Origin: Anthoceros angustus
Taxonomy: Eukaryota > Plantae > Anthocerotophyta
Direction of reading: 5' to 3'
Assembly: GCA_010909165.1 (NCBI GenBank)
Contig: VJWM01000249.1
Coordinates: 124,001-188,000, forward strand
DNA length: 64,000 bases
Below are positions 53,137 to 64,000 of this stretch, in pieces. Positions within the stretch are counted from its first letter, which is position 1. Each line of letters opens with the position of its first letter. Position numbers and translations under genes: made by a program. The notes under the pieces are model-generated. The model saw nothing but the letters and a program-made list of their open reading frames with translations. It was not told where the DNA came from and ran no database searches.

Positions 53137-55266
53137 TCAGTGTGGAATCACACCACTGGAGTGAGGAACAAGAAAGAAGGCCACGGCTGCTGCCATCACC
53201 AAAATGCTTGCTACCCAAATCAGCCAAGCTCTACTCCACAGCTCCCGCGCCATAGCAGCAAGAAGTGCAGCAAAAGCGGCCGCTGGATGGCCTTCCTGCC
53301 ACATCCGCCCACCTGTACCCGTCGTCAGATAATGGAGACTCGTTTGCAAGCACACCGGCAAGATGTGCACATACTAGCACGAAGTCATGAGCCACGCTTT
53401 ACTCACGTTCTTCCACTAGGAAATCACCGGCCCAAGACGAGAGATCTGTGTCCACACGGTTTGACCTTGTGATGAGGTCCAGCAATGCTTCATTGACCTA
53501 CCACCAGAAAGATAAGCAGTTAGCACACCATCCAACTGCCATGGTCACCCAGAATCTGCCGGTTGCCCAACCTGATCTGTTCTGCTCACCATTTGACAAA
53601 AGTGAAACACACCTCATCCCTGTGTTGATGTGGCACCATGTGTCCGCCAGGCAGCTCCAACATACGAGCCACGGGGTGCAGATGTCTCGCTAACCTTCGG
53701 CCATGTCTCACCTGGGCAATCACATCACCCCTGCTCAACCATAAACCAAACATTACCTGCTCATCAAGCTCAAAACGGCCGCGGTACACTTACAAGTGTG
53801 AAGCCAACACACATCACCCTTTCTACCTTCCGTGCACCACCAGCACCAAGATGCCGGCATTTCGGATGGTGTGCATCTCGTCCTTGCTCAAGGAGTGCGT
53901 CCAACAGGCATGGGCCTGTCCGTCGAACGCATGCTTCGGCTGCATGCCACCCGCCCTGATGTTCTGCACATACCCCTGGAAATGCAGAGGGCAGCTGTCA
54001 CATCTGCTTTTCATCAAGGGAGCTAAATCTCATGTCTCCATCCGCTACTTCAAGCCGTGCATGAATGGAAAGATTCTCCGCCTGAAAGCAGCTAAGCTTC
54101 AGGCGTGATTGACGCAGACATACCTGCAGCAGCAAGGCTCTCCTCTTGACGTTTCCCACCTCGTCATCGAGATAGTCCTGCAGAAATCGGCTATCACCAA
54201 GATGAGAATGACAAGGTGCTTATCCAAGAGGGTTGGATCCTTCTTCCAGGTGAACAATGGGCAGCACACCTGCGTGTAATGAGTCTCCAGGTCTACCAGT
54301 GCCCTCTTCTCAGGAGTCTGAGCCCTCAAGAACCGAAACATGAGCGCAATCATTGCCCTGTCAACCTGCACAACAATGTGACTGTAATTGCAGGTTTGCA
54401 CATACGACATGCAGCTCTCACTCGCCTTGCAATGAGATCAAACTACTTACCTTGGGCAGACATTCATAGCCGCCCCTTGTGACCGACAGCAAACAGGCGG
54501 ACGCAACGCGCTCTGGTGCTATGGCCATAAGTTTACTGGCAATCATACCTCCTGTTCCACCAAGGAGCCACAGAAGGTGAGTAGACCTAATCCCTCTCTT
54601 CGGACCAGGTTACCATGCAGTGCGATGAACCTTGCCAACCATAGCTCACTAACAAGATGTGAAATGAGCACAGGGTGACAGAAAGCAATACCCATAGAAT
54701 GACCACAAACGTGAACCTTGTGCCATCCCAAATGATCCAGCACAGCCAGAGCATCCATCGCCATGACCTTCATTCTGCATGCACCTGTAAATCTCCATCA
54801 GAAACTACCTTAGGGCTCCAACCTCGATAGGGTGCGAGGACACTAACGAGTAGGATTCCTTCTTCTTCGGCTTGGAGCTGTTCCCCACCCCGCGGTTGTC
54901 CAAGGCACAAATCTGAAACTCAATTCCCTCTGATGACTCCCCCTTGCTGCCCGAAGCGGCGCCATCGTCCCCCTCCTCGTTGGGGACGGTGGTGCCGCAC
55001 AGGGCTCTCACTTGAGGCAACCATAGCTGGTGCGATGACGCCAGTCCTGCGCCAGAAACAAACATCACGCCTGAAAACCAATCCAATGCCAATGCCAATT
55101 CTCCAAATCCATTCCTCCTCGGACTCCAATCCAACAGTCTCCGGAAAAAACAACCTGGGATGAGCAAAAGCTTGGTCCTTCCATGCCCGTAGAGCTGGTA
55201 GAAGATAGTGATTTCCTCATGGCTGCCTCCGGCAGCACCGGCATGGTTCACGACACAACTGGGCAT
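53137..55266 (-). CDS. Alpha/beta-hydrolase fold protein with C-terminal hydrophobic anchor (At5g53050-like)
   Basis: IFYQLYGHGRTKLLLIPG; ALDNRGVGNSSKP; nucleophile elbow VHVCGHSMG; IHGRHD-like LVVHGR/GD; LPGGHMVPHQH; last exon WLIWVASILVMAAAVAFFLV. Confidence 0.88.
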
Positions 55267-55633
55267 CGCACCGTGCCAGGAATCGGATGGCGATGCTAGA
55301 GGAGAAGCGGATCATAAGTCGAACGAGGACAAACCAATCCGATCCGAAGGAGACGTGAGCTGCGCAGGATCCCAGAATCCACACGGGCTGCGGCAACAAC
55401 GCCACGTGTACGGGCGGGATTAGTGCAATAGAATCGGGTCCCTGGAGTACGGGAATTCTAGTCCCGTCCTCGTCGGACGGCCCGTTTAAGAAGCGGGTGC
55501 CCTAATGCGGATCAAAGTGAGCGGACCGGAGTGCGTAGAAGCTGCTGCATCCGGTGTTGAAGTGGAAGTGGCGGGTAGCGAGCGGGAGCAAGAAGGCAAG
55601 AAAGCGCGGCAAGGAAGCTTTGCGAGGCAGGCG

Positions 55634-56914
55634 ATGGCGGATCCTTGCCCGAGCTCGAGCGGCCCGAGCCCGTGCGATGGCCTGCCGGACGAATTGCTGT
55701 GGAACATCCTAGCGCGGCTGGGGACAGTGCAGCTGGTGCAGGCGCGGTCGGTGAGCAGGAAATGGAACCGGGTGGTGGTGACGCAGCCGCTGGACGATCA
55801 GGCGTGCTGGTGTCTGCTGGTGTGCCGGCTGGCGGACCACCGGTTCCTGTCTTCTGCCGGGGACGCAACCCTGCCGGATGCGCTGCCGGTAACGCAGAGC
55901 TGGGCCATGGATCCCGCCTCCCGGCGGTGGCACAGGGTGAGCCTGCCGGCGGGGCCGACCTCGCACCGGCTGCATCTCTTCCGCTCTAGCGCGCCGGGGT
56001 CTGGCCTGCTGGCGTTCCGGGACGTGCACCGGGGGAAGCCGGCGCCGGTGTTCTACTGGGTGGGGAACCCGCTCACCAACAAGTGGCGGCAGATCGGTCT
56101 CCCGCCTCCCTGCCCGGCGGATCGCGCTAAGAGGGTGATATCCGACGAGCTCCTCTTCGACAGCAGCAGCAACAGGTATATCATTGCGCGGTTCCGGAGC
56201 AAGGAGGGAGTCGGGGCGGAGGAGCAGTACTCGTGGGTGTCGGATATGTACTGCTCGAGCACGGGGAGGTGGAGCCAGGGCCCGTCCGTGGCCGGGGACT
56301 GGTGCGACCTGGCGCTCTACTACACCGCCTCCACCTGCGTGTCGCAGGCTCTGGGATGCGTCTTCTTCCTGCAGGTGAGCCACCATTCGCTGCTGGTGCA
56401 GGTGGTGGCGTACCACATCCAGCAGCAGCAGTTCCGCCTCCTCATCCCGCCTGCGCCCGTCTCCTGCTCCGACGGCGCGCTCTCCGCCCAGTTCTTCCAG
56501 CTCTTCGTCAACCACCGGGGCCAGCTGGAGTGCGTGGCCGGGATCGCCAACGGCATGGCCGGATTCCTGCTGCCGGGGTACGGCTACCCGCTGGACAGGT
56601 TCGGGGTGCTCACGTACCAGCCCGAGTCGCACCAGTGGGTGGTGGACAAGGCCACGGAGGTGGACATCGCGCGCTGCTTCGGGCCCGACGAGTCCGACCA
56701 GGCGCACTGCACCTCCTTCCAGATCACCCCGGGCCTCGGCTGCTTGTACCTCGCCTCGCACGCCTATTTTACCAAAATCTTGCACTACAATGCTGCCAGC
56801 AAGCAGTGGTCCCGCCTCGCGGACCCTTTCGATCGCCACCTGCTGCCGGACAAGCGCGGGCAATGGCAGGAATCCATGGCCACTTTCCTCCCTCGCCTTG
56901 ATGTAGAACCCTAG
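55634..56914 (+). CDS. Intronless F-box protein with kelch-like/FBA beta-propeller-type C-terminus
   Basis: F-box LPDELLWNILARLGTVQLVQARSVSRKWN; VGNPLTNKWRQIGLPP; MYCSSTGRWS; C-terminal FLPRLD. An alternative in-frame ATG lies at 55505. Confidence 0.88.
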   Translation: MADPCPSSSGPSPCDGLPDELLWNILARLGTVQLVQARSVSRKWNRVVVTQPLDDQACWCLLVCRLADHRFLSSAGDATLPDALPVTQSWAMDPASRRWHRVSLPAGPTSHRLHLFRSSAPGSGLLAFRDVHRGKPAPVFYWVGNPLTNKWRQIGLPPPCPADRAKRVISDELLFDSSSNRYIIARFRSKEGVGAEEQYSWVSDMYCSSTGRWSQGPSVAGDWCDLALYYTASTCVSQALGCVFFLQVSHHSLLVQVVAYHIQQQQFRLLIPPAPVSCSDGALSAQFFQLFVNHRGQLECVAGIANGMAGFLLPGYGYPLDRFGVLTYQPESHQWVVDKATEVDIARCFGPDESDQAHCTSFQITPGLGCLYLASHAYFTKILHYNAASKQWSRLADPFDRHLLPDKRGQWQESMATFLPRLDVEP

Positions 56915-57022
56915 CTATAGAGCTATAGCTTCGAAACCGAAATTCTCACACTATAAAGCGGTTTCGCTCTCGCCTCACTCCCACATGCGTAGGCCTTGCG
57001 CGGCACTGCGATCGGCGGAGCC

Positions 57023-57586
57023 ATGGTCAGTGAATTAGTGAACGAAATTGTGTGCCGTGCTTCCACCTTTTATGCATCCGCGTGACGGCTTCTGTCGCCT
57101 GTTTGTGCCAGTCGGTGCTCTTCAATTTCCAGTCTTTCCTCACAGTGGTGCTGCTACTCATCTGCTCCTGCGCTTACATCAAAATCCATTTCCCGCGCAT
57201 CCTGGATCGGAAGACCGGGTGCGTCCCAAACCCTAGCTCACCGCTCTCGCTGCAGCTTCGCCTTCCCCTCTTAGGCTTTGCCCTGACATCGCTTTGTTCT
57301 GCCGTGCTTGCAGGTTTCGAGGTTTCTTCTGGCGGGCTGCTCGAATTGGTCAGTAGGGTTTCGTGTTTCATGATACCTTTCTCCCGTTGTGCTTCTCTGT
57401 CAGTTTTGCTGACTTCTTTTTGTTCCCCTATTCTTTAGCAGCAAGCCGTCAAACCAACTGACTTGCTGTGTGCGGGGTTGTGTCATCTGAATCTGCATAT
57501 ATGTTTCTTTGCCTGCAGGTGAGCGCTTAAGCCCATGGGTTGCCGGATGTTGTTTTGTCATGGGCTTGACTATTGTGTTCTTCTGA
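57023..57586 (+). CDS. Protein kish (TMEM167/DUF1242), small Golgi membrane protein
   Basis: ATG-only first exon, then [69 protein letters not shown]. Confidence 0.92.
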
Positions 57587-58128
57587 CCTCTCATGGCCTG
57601 GCCATGGCCACACTTACAAGTTGGTACAGATTTAGCCCAGACATGTTTGAGAGCTGTGGCAGCCCAGCCACAGGATTTTAGCTTTGCCCGAATATCTAGC
57701 AGGCAGCGTTCTAAACAGCTGGGTGTGCTTTCAAAAACGGTCACCTTCACCTCGGTGTTTCCAAGGTCAATGCAGCTTTGCCCAAATGACTAGTAGGCGC
57801 CGTTGATCGAAACAGATGACTGCTTTTTCGTTTACATTGGTGTTTGTGATGTCAAAGCATATCTGACGAGGGCTCAACACCTCGAGAAATGGCATCGGTT
57901 TTTTTTCGATGTCAAACATCAAGCTTTAGATCGTGGTAGCTCACAAGGTCGAGATGTTAGTAATAATGTCAGTGTATTTGTACACAAGGGTCGTAAAGAG
58001 GTCTGAACGAAATTAGGGTCCAGCTTGCTCACTTGTCGTAAGAGCACAACTTCACACGTATACAGTTGCTGTCCGGTCCACATGACGCACGCCCCCGTAA
58101 CAAACACGGGCTTAACGCCCTCTACAAT

Positions 58129-59152
58129 CTACAATCCCGGCCCCGACACCTGGCGGCCGGGAATTTTGTGAGCATGTCCGACATCCTGCTCAGAACTGAG
58201 CAGTCCCAAGCAAAACAAGATCTCGTAAGCAGCAATGAGCCATCGCGAAGCCTGCTGTGGCGTGATAGTGTCCAGCAACCCCTTGAGCGTGCAGAGGCGG
58301 AGCTGCTCCGCTTCGATAAGGAGATCCACAACCGTCTTCAGCCTGGACTCCACAGCAGCTTCCAGCTCTCTCATGTCTCCGTCCACCAGCAGCTTGTCGC
58401 TCCCACTCACTATACTCCTAATAACGTCATCACTGTTGAGCATCTGCAAGCACAAAACCACGACACCATCGTGTTTGAAGCAAATGCAACCAGCCGAGGC
58501 AACGTGCAGAGAAAACTTCACAACAAGACACCAAGCCAGTACCGGATCACCTGCAGATCGGTGACTCGCGACGAGATGCTGTCTTCCACCTGTTGCGTGC
58601 GTTTCTGCAACGCATCCAGTTCCGAATTGAGCTTGTCCGATGCAGCCGAATCGGAGTCTAGGGTGGAGTAGGCCAGAATGATGCCGGATGTAGGTCTCCA
58701 GCCTCCCATCCACATAAATGCTTCTTGCAAATAGCTGCACCCGATATCTAAGAAGCAAGAAGATCCAAGTCAGAGGAAGGAACGTCAACCCGGTGGTAGC
58801 AGTGCTGCGGCTGGTGGCAGGGGCAGGGGCGGGGACGCCGCGAGGAGAAGTGCAACGTACTAGCAGCCGTGAACTGAGCGTTGCCCCTACCATGCTCCAG
58901 CTTCTCTACCACAAAATCCGTGTACTCGAAATACATCTTCCACAGCAGTGGACGGAGGTGCGCGCCGGGCATGTGCTCCTTGAGCGCCACCCTAACTTCC
59001 CCGACATTTTCCGCAAGTCTTGACCACCACTTTGCCGAGAAATCCTTGAGCTTGCTATGCGACGGCACTCCCAGCTCTGGGAAGGGCTGCAGCTCAAAGC
59101 CGTCGACGTCGGCCCTGCACTCGACCATACTATCCGGGGATGGCAGCATCAT
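58129..59152 (-). CDS. Stand-alone DOG1-domain protein (DOG1-like), 3 exons
   Basis: FSAKWW N-terminal helix; SYLQEAFMWMGGWRPTS; LQKRTQQVEDSIS; LLIEAEQLRLCTLKGLLDTITPQQASRWLIAA. No bZIP seen. Confidence 0.8.
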
Positions 59153-59737
59153 CTAGCAGGAAGCAGAGGCGGCAGAGTGGACGAACATCTCCCGGCATCC
59201 TGCTTGCTTCCGGGCGCGCGGAACCCCCGGCCCGATCGTGGCGGTGGACGAGCAGCAAGGCAGCATGCCAAGTTGCGCAAGTTGCACGAGTCGGACAAGT
59301 TGGACGACTCGCGGGACTTACAAGTCGGACGACTCCACGGCGGTAACAAGCAAGACGGAATTAAGGGCAACACCTACAGGGATTAATAAAGGCAGGCAGC
59401 CTGCCGCCGCCTCTGCGTAAAGAATATCTCCCGGAGGCCAGTTCGGAGGCACTTGGATATCGACCACGTCCGTGGGCACTTGGAGATCCAACGCGTCAGC
59501 TACACAAATCCATGGAATCCAGACATCTAACGCGCCAGCGCACACTCTTTCCGTCCCGGAACGGAAACTATCCGCGCTTTGCACCGGATTGAATCATGCT
59601 TTGCGCATGAATGCACCTTACGTAAACGAGATGAGCAAGGGAGTGACAAATGTTGCGTTCTCATTCACGCTCAGATCTTGGGAAGCATGCATCCAAGGCT
59701 CTGTTCCCGCGTCTCTTCCCGAATCATAAAAGAGAAC

Positions 59738-59807
59738 CACGAGGTGTTGCAACAGGAATGTAGGACACACGAGGTGTTGCAACAGGAATGTAGGACACAC
59801 GAGGTGC
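59738..59807 (+). repeat. 30-bp tandem repeat, ~2.3 copies
   Basis: cacgaggtgttgcaacaggaatgtaggaca twice, then cacgaggtg. Confidence 0.85.
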
Positions 59808-60041
59808 CCACACTGACTCAGCTGTCGACGCCGCTGGGACACAAGACATACATTCGATAACATTCGCTGGAATCTGCCATCAGCTGGTGGGCGACTTGTC
59901 TCCTTGCATGTGGAGTTTCACTAGGCAGCGAACCAGTAGGGGTCCCGCCGACCTGAATTCTCTGGGCTTCAGGGACCCACCCTGTCCTGCGCAGACGTCA
60001 CTAGCTGCATGGATTTGATTCAGGTAGCACTTGCCTGAGAT

Positions 60042-63000
60042 CTAACCATGCTCCTTACCCAGTATTTTTTCAATGGCTACAACAAGCTCGTTTGCGTTGA
60101 ATGGTTTGCCGAGGTAACCATCCATGCCAGAGTAAAAACAAACATCCTGATAACCCTGTATAGCATGTGCGGTGGAGCCTAAGATTGGGAGCCTTCTCAG
60201 GCCCTCTACTTCCTCTGCGTCCCTTATTTTCCTCGTGGCTTCCAGGCCGTCCATCTTCGGCATCTGCAACACAGACATGTAAAATCTTTCTTGTGTCAGA
60301 ATCACGTCAACCGAGAAGACACAACCAACGTACGAGTGAGTACAACCACTGACGACCACTCAAGACAAAGAAAGGTGGAAGGTACCTGAACATCCATGAC
60401 TATTAAATCCAACGACTCGTGGTTGGCTTTTACAAACTCGAGGGCCTGCAGTCCATCTTCTACCACCGTGACAGTATGTCCATGCCTTTGTAGCAGACGG
60501 CATGCTACCTTCTGGTTGATGACGTTATCCTCTGCGAGAAGAACATTAAGGCCCCTTTGGGGTGTTGGGGCTGGCCTGGAGGGAGCAACCTTTCTTCCAT
60601 GCGGTTCCCAACCATTGCGTGGTTCTTGCCCCGTATTCACACTCCCACGCATCATTTCCACCACACCCCCGTTTGCCTGCCTACTACTACTACCTAGCAC
60701 AGTCGAGGACCCGCATGTTATGCAAGCGTTGTGCACAGCTGTGGTTGCAGAGGGTTCCGCACACTGCTCCACTTCCGAGGGTTGCCTCTCTTCCAGTTTC
60801 TGTTCTTCCTCAACTCTTGCTTCTATATCTACATCCTTACCCTGTTCCCCTGCACTATGCTGTCCTACAGCCCCATGAGAAACACCAAGGCTAACATCCT
60901 CCTCGCTGCTCAATGACAAGGCTTGATGTCTTGATTCTGGGATGGAGTCCATTCTTTGGAAGGCAGCATCTCTCCTGGTCCTCTCTAACCCTAAAGTTGC
61001 ACGCACCTCAGACAACAACCTTGCTCTCAAGCATGGGCCTGAAGCAGCATTATTTGAAGGGCCGTCGGCGTGACTCCAATCGGAATCTCGAAGGCTGCCT
61101 TCCCGACCGGGCAGTAGTCGCGAGTTACACACATCCTCATCCTCCGAGAGGCTTGTGCCAGGCTGATCCACACCAGTCGCTACTCCCAGAGATAATGACG
61201 TAGACTTCCTATGTGATTTTCTAGACCAGTATAGCCTATGAAGAGCTCCAGGATCAGACATACTCCTTTCCAGAAGAACATGAGAAACCTTTTTGGTCCT
61301 AGCCTGCGTTTCCTGATGTTGGTCCCCGTTCAAACTGCCCTCTTGCTCTTCGTGTGGGGATTGTTTTGCCTGTAGAGCGATATACTGAAAGGCCTCTGGA
61401 GAGTTCGAATTCTGCTGAGCAGTCAAGGACGCATTCTCTGTCACAAAGGCAAGCAGTACAGAGCTCCTCAGCCCAGTCCTGGCCAGTGCTTCCTCTCAAG
61501 CCGGAATGCTAAACAAAAGAAACCCCACTACTGAACGTCCTTCCTTCCCCACGTTCCCTGACTAGCAAAAGACTGTCCACCACTGTACCATACATACCTG
61601 TGAGAGCAAGGGTTGCACCATGCTTGAGAGGTGTTGACAGCACAGACGGTTCCCCGAGATCTCCAGAATCCGAGACACGGACTTGCAAATCTCTGGCGTT
61701 CATGTCAAAATCCACTGGAATGGCGAAGAAGAAGGCACTTCCAGACCCCAGCTGACTTTCTGCCCAGACATGTCCACCCAGCAGCTCGCAAAACCTGCAG
61801 GATGAAGGCGAAACCCCAAGTCAGACACAACAATGCCGCAGGGCAAAATGCAGAGCAGCAAGCTCGTGGGAGCAGTCAGCAGCAGAGCATACCGTTGCAC
61901 AATACACAGACCGAGACCAGTCCCACCATAAAGCCGAGACGTGGAGGCATCGGCCTGCGTGAACGGATTAAACATATCCTGCAGCTTTTCACTGCTGATC
62001 CCAATGCCGGTATCACGCACTTCGAAAAGCACATCCACTCTCCCGTCCCGCCCCATCCCCGGAAGCAGCTGGGACGCTCTACCAAGCACATGCTCCGATT
62101 GCGGCTCCAAGACATCAATCACGGTGGAGCAGGAGGTTTCATCCAGAGGCTCCACCTTGAACCCGGGGCCGGGCCAGCTGGACCAGCTCCGCAGCCTGGG
62201 CGCCGCGCCCTCCTTCCTCTTACCCGTCCGGGGCTGCCTGTGCAACGAGACCCTCACCGCGACCGATCCCTGTTGCGTAAACTTCAAGGCATTACCAACT
62301 GCAGCCTCGAAACCAAGAGAGCGAAAGGTGAGGCGTGCGGCTGCAGGTGTCTGCAGGCACACACACACATAGGGACTTGAACTTCACGGGAGAGAGCAAG
62401 GCGGTACCACAGGCTCTCAGAGGTCATGCAAACTCACCCAGATTCAGCAGGCACTGCTGCACCTTCCCCGGATCCCCGTTGCACAAATCCGGCACGTCGG
62501 CATCCACGCACCACTTCAACGGCAGCCCCCGCGCCTGCGCCCTGGGCAGCAGCATCCGCATGGTGCTCATCACCGTCCTCCGCATGCTGAACTGCACGCA
62601 CTCCACGTCCAGCCTCCCCGCCTCGATCTTGGCCAGGTCCAGAATGCTGTTGATAATGTGCAGCAGCAGGTCCGCGCATTCCTTGAGCGAGAGCAAATTG
62701 TCCCGCTGGTCCGCGTTCAGCGTGGACTCCAGCAGCAACCCCGTCATCCCCAAAATCCCATGAATCGGAGTCCTGCAACAAACCCAGAACCCTGCTCATC
62801 AGTCCCACAGCCCACAAAGCTCCACGGCCTCTACAGGTCATAACATTCACTGTCACTGTGTCTCGAGAGAGGCATTGCCTGATCTCATGGCTCATGTTGG
62901 CCAGAAAGTCGGACTTGGCATGACTCGCCTTCTCCGCCCGGGCCTGGCTGGCCTCCAACTCCTTCACCTTGTGCTGCACGGCCTTGGTCCGCTCCTCCAC

Positions 63001-64000
63001 CTGCTGCTCCAGATGCTGGTTATACCCGCTCAGCTGCCTGGCCAGCTGCTTGTTCTCCGTGACAGCAGCCGCGAGAAAGATCCCCACAAGCGCCACCACG
63101 GCCACGTAGAGCTCGATCTGGACCAGCAGCTTCGGGGAACTGGGCTCCTGCCGGCCGGACATCTGGTAGAAGGCCCCGCGCTGGTTCAGAGTCGCCCAGC
63201 TGCAGATGAGCGCGTTGCAGAGCACCACCAGCGCCCACCCCCACCTGGGCTGCAAGAACACCCCCGCCACCACCACCGGGAAGACGAGGTAGGGCAGGGG
63301 CCGGATGACGGGCGTGGTGAGGAAGCAGAAGATGAGCACCTGGAGCCCGACGCTGACGCCGTGGAAGCACACGAACTGCACAGCAGGCCGCCAGTGCAGG
63401 CAGAGGCAGAGGCAGAGGCAGCGGGCGGGAGAGAAGGGCCCCAGCCCGGCCACGGCGGCGTAGAGGTGCACCAGGAAGGGCGTCACGGCCAGCATTGCGG
63501 CCACCACCCCGAAGCACCAGGTCCCCCAGAAGCGCGCCACGTCCGCCCACGCCACCAGCCCGCTGGCGCACTGGAAGAGCGCGATGAGCGTCTCGAAGAA
63601 GAGCGCGGAGAGCAGGACCGCGGCCACGAACTTGCAGGCGTCGCCGGTGGTGTCGATGGTGGGGATCCGGCGCCTGCGCCTGCGGCCGTCCGGGGAGAAG
63701 AAGCGGCGCATCACCAGCCCCCCGACCTGCACCTCCAGCGTGGCCAGCAGCGCCATGAGCAGGATCATGAAGACGCGCACGGTGGTGATGTCGTTCCTGG
63801 CGTACAGCATCTGGATGGTGAAGAAGCCCAGGTAGGAGCCCGCGGACACCGCCGGGCCCAGCACGGCCGCCGCCGCCAGCCCCGCCGCCCTGGGCAGGTA
63901 GACGGGGAAGATGACCGTCTTGTCCACCCGCTCCCGCACCGGGGCCACGGAGAATCGGTACAGGAAGGCCCCCGTGGCCACGATCAGGGCCAGCGCGGCC
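60042..64000 (-). CDS. Hybrid sensor histidine kinase: multi-TM MASE1-like input, HisKA, HATPase and receiver; 5' end off-window
   Basis: Many TM segments (63050-64000); [29 protein letters not shown]-box; [21 protein letters not shown]; [27 protein letters not shown]; receiver [31 protein letters not shown]. Confidence 0.92.

Noticed and set aside
55709-56863. 384-aa antisense ORF over the F-box gene
   Set aside because: Shadow ORF expected from high GC3 codon usage; no recognisable domain.

Overview
Eukaryotic (land-plant) nuclear DNA. The ~90-110 bp GT-AG introns, tight gene packing and gene set suggest a seed-free plant, possibly a hornwort or other bryophyte (inference). Clean gene islands alternate with decayed, indel-rich repeat blocks. 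Host genes: CONSTANS-like B-box/CCT factor, ESCRT-III VPS2, HCF244/Ycf39, a large glycine-rich membrane protein, an alpha/beta hydrolase, an intronless F-box gene, Kish/TMEM167, a stand-alone DOG1-domain gene and a MASE1-type hybrid histidine kinase running off the right edge. Most notable: (1) A DNA-transposon family with perfect 32-bp TIRs (AACAGCGTC...) and a 4-bp TSD. The TSD is fixed by restoring an interrupted Copia RNase H frame. The long copy at 1-4957 carries a ParB/Sulfiredoxin-like ORF and an array of GTGCGCGCAC palindromes. (2) A CRE-like non-LTR element whose RT region is split into two separately inverted blocks. (3) Repeated 0.5-1.9 kb tandem duplications, mostly with microhomology at the junctions, confined to repeat DNA. 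Exon boundaries and family calls were made by eye and no database searches were run.
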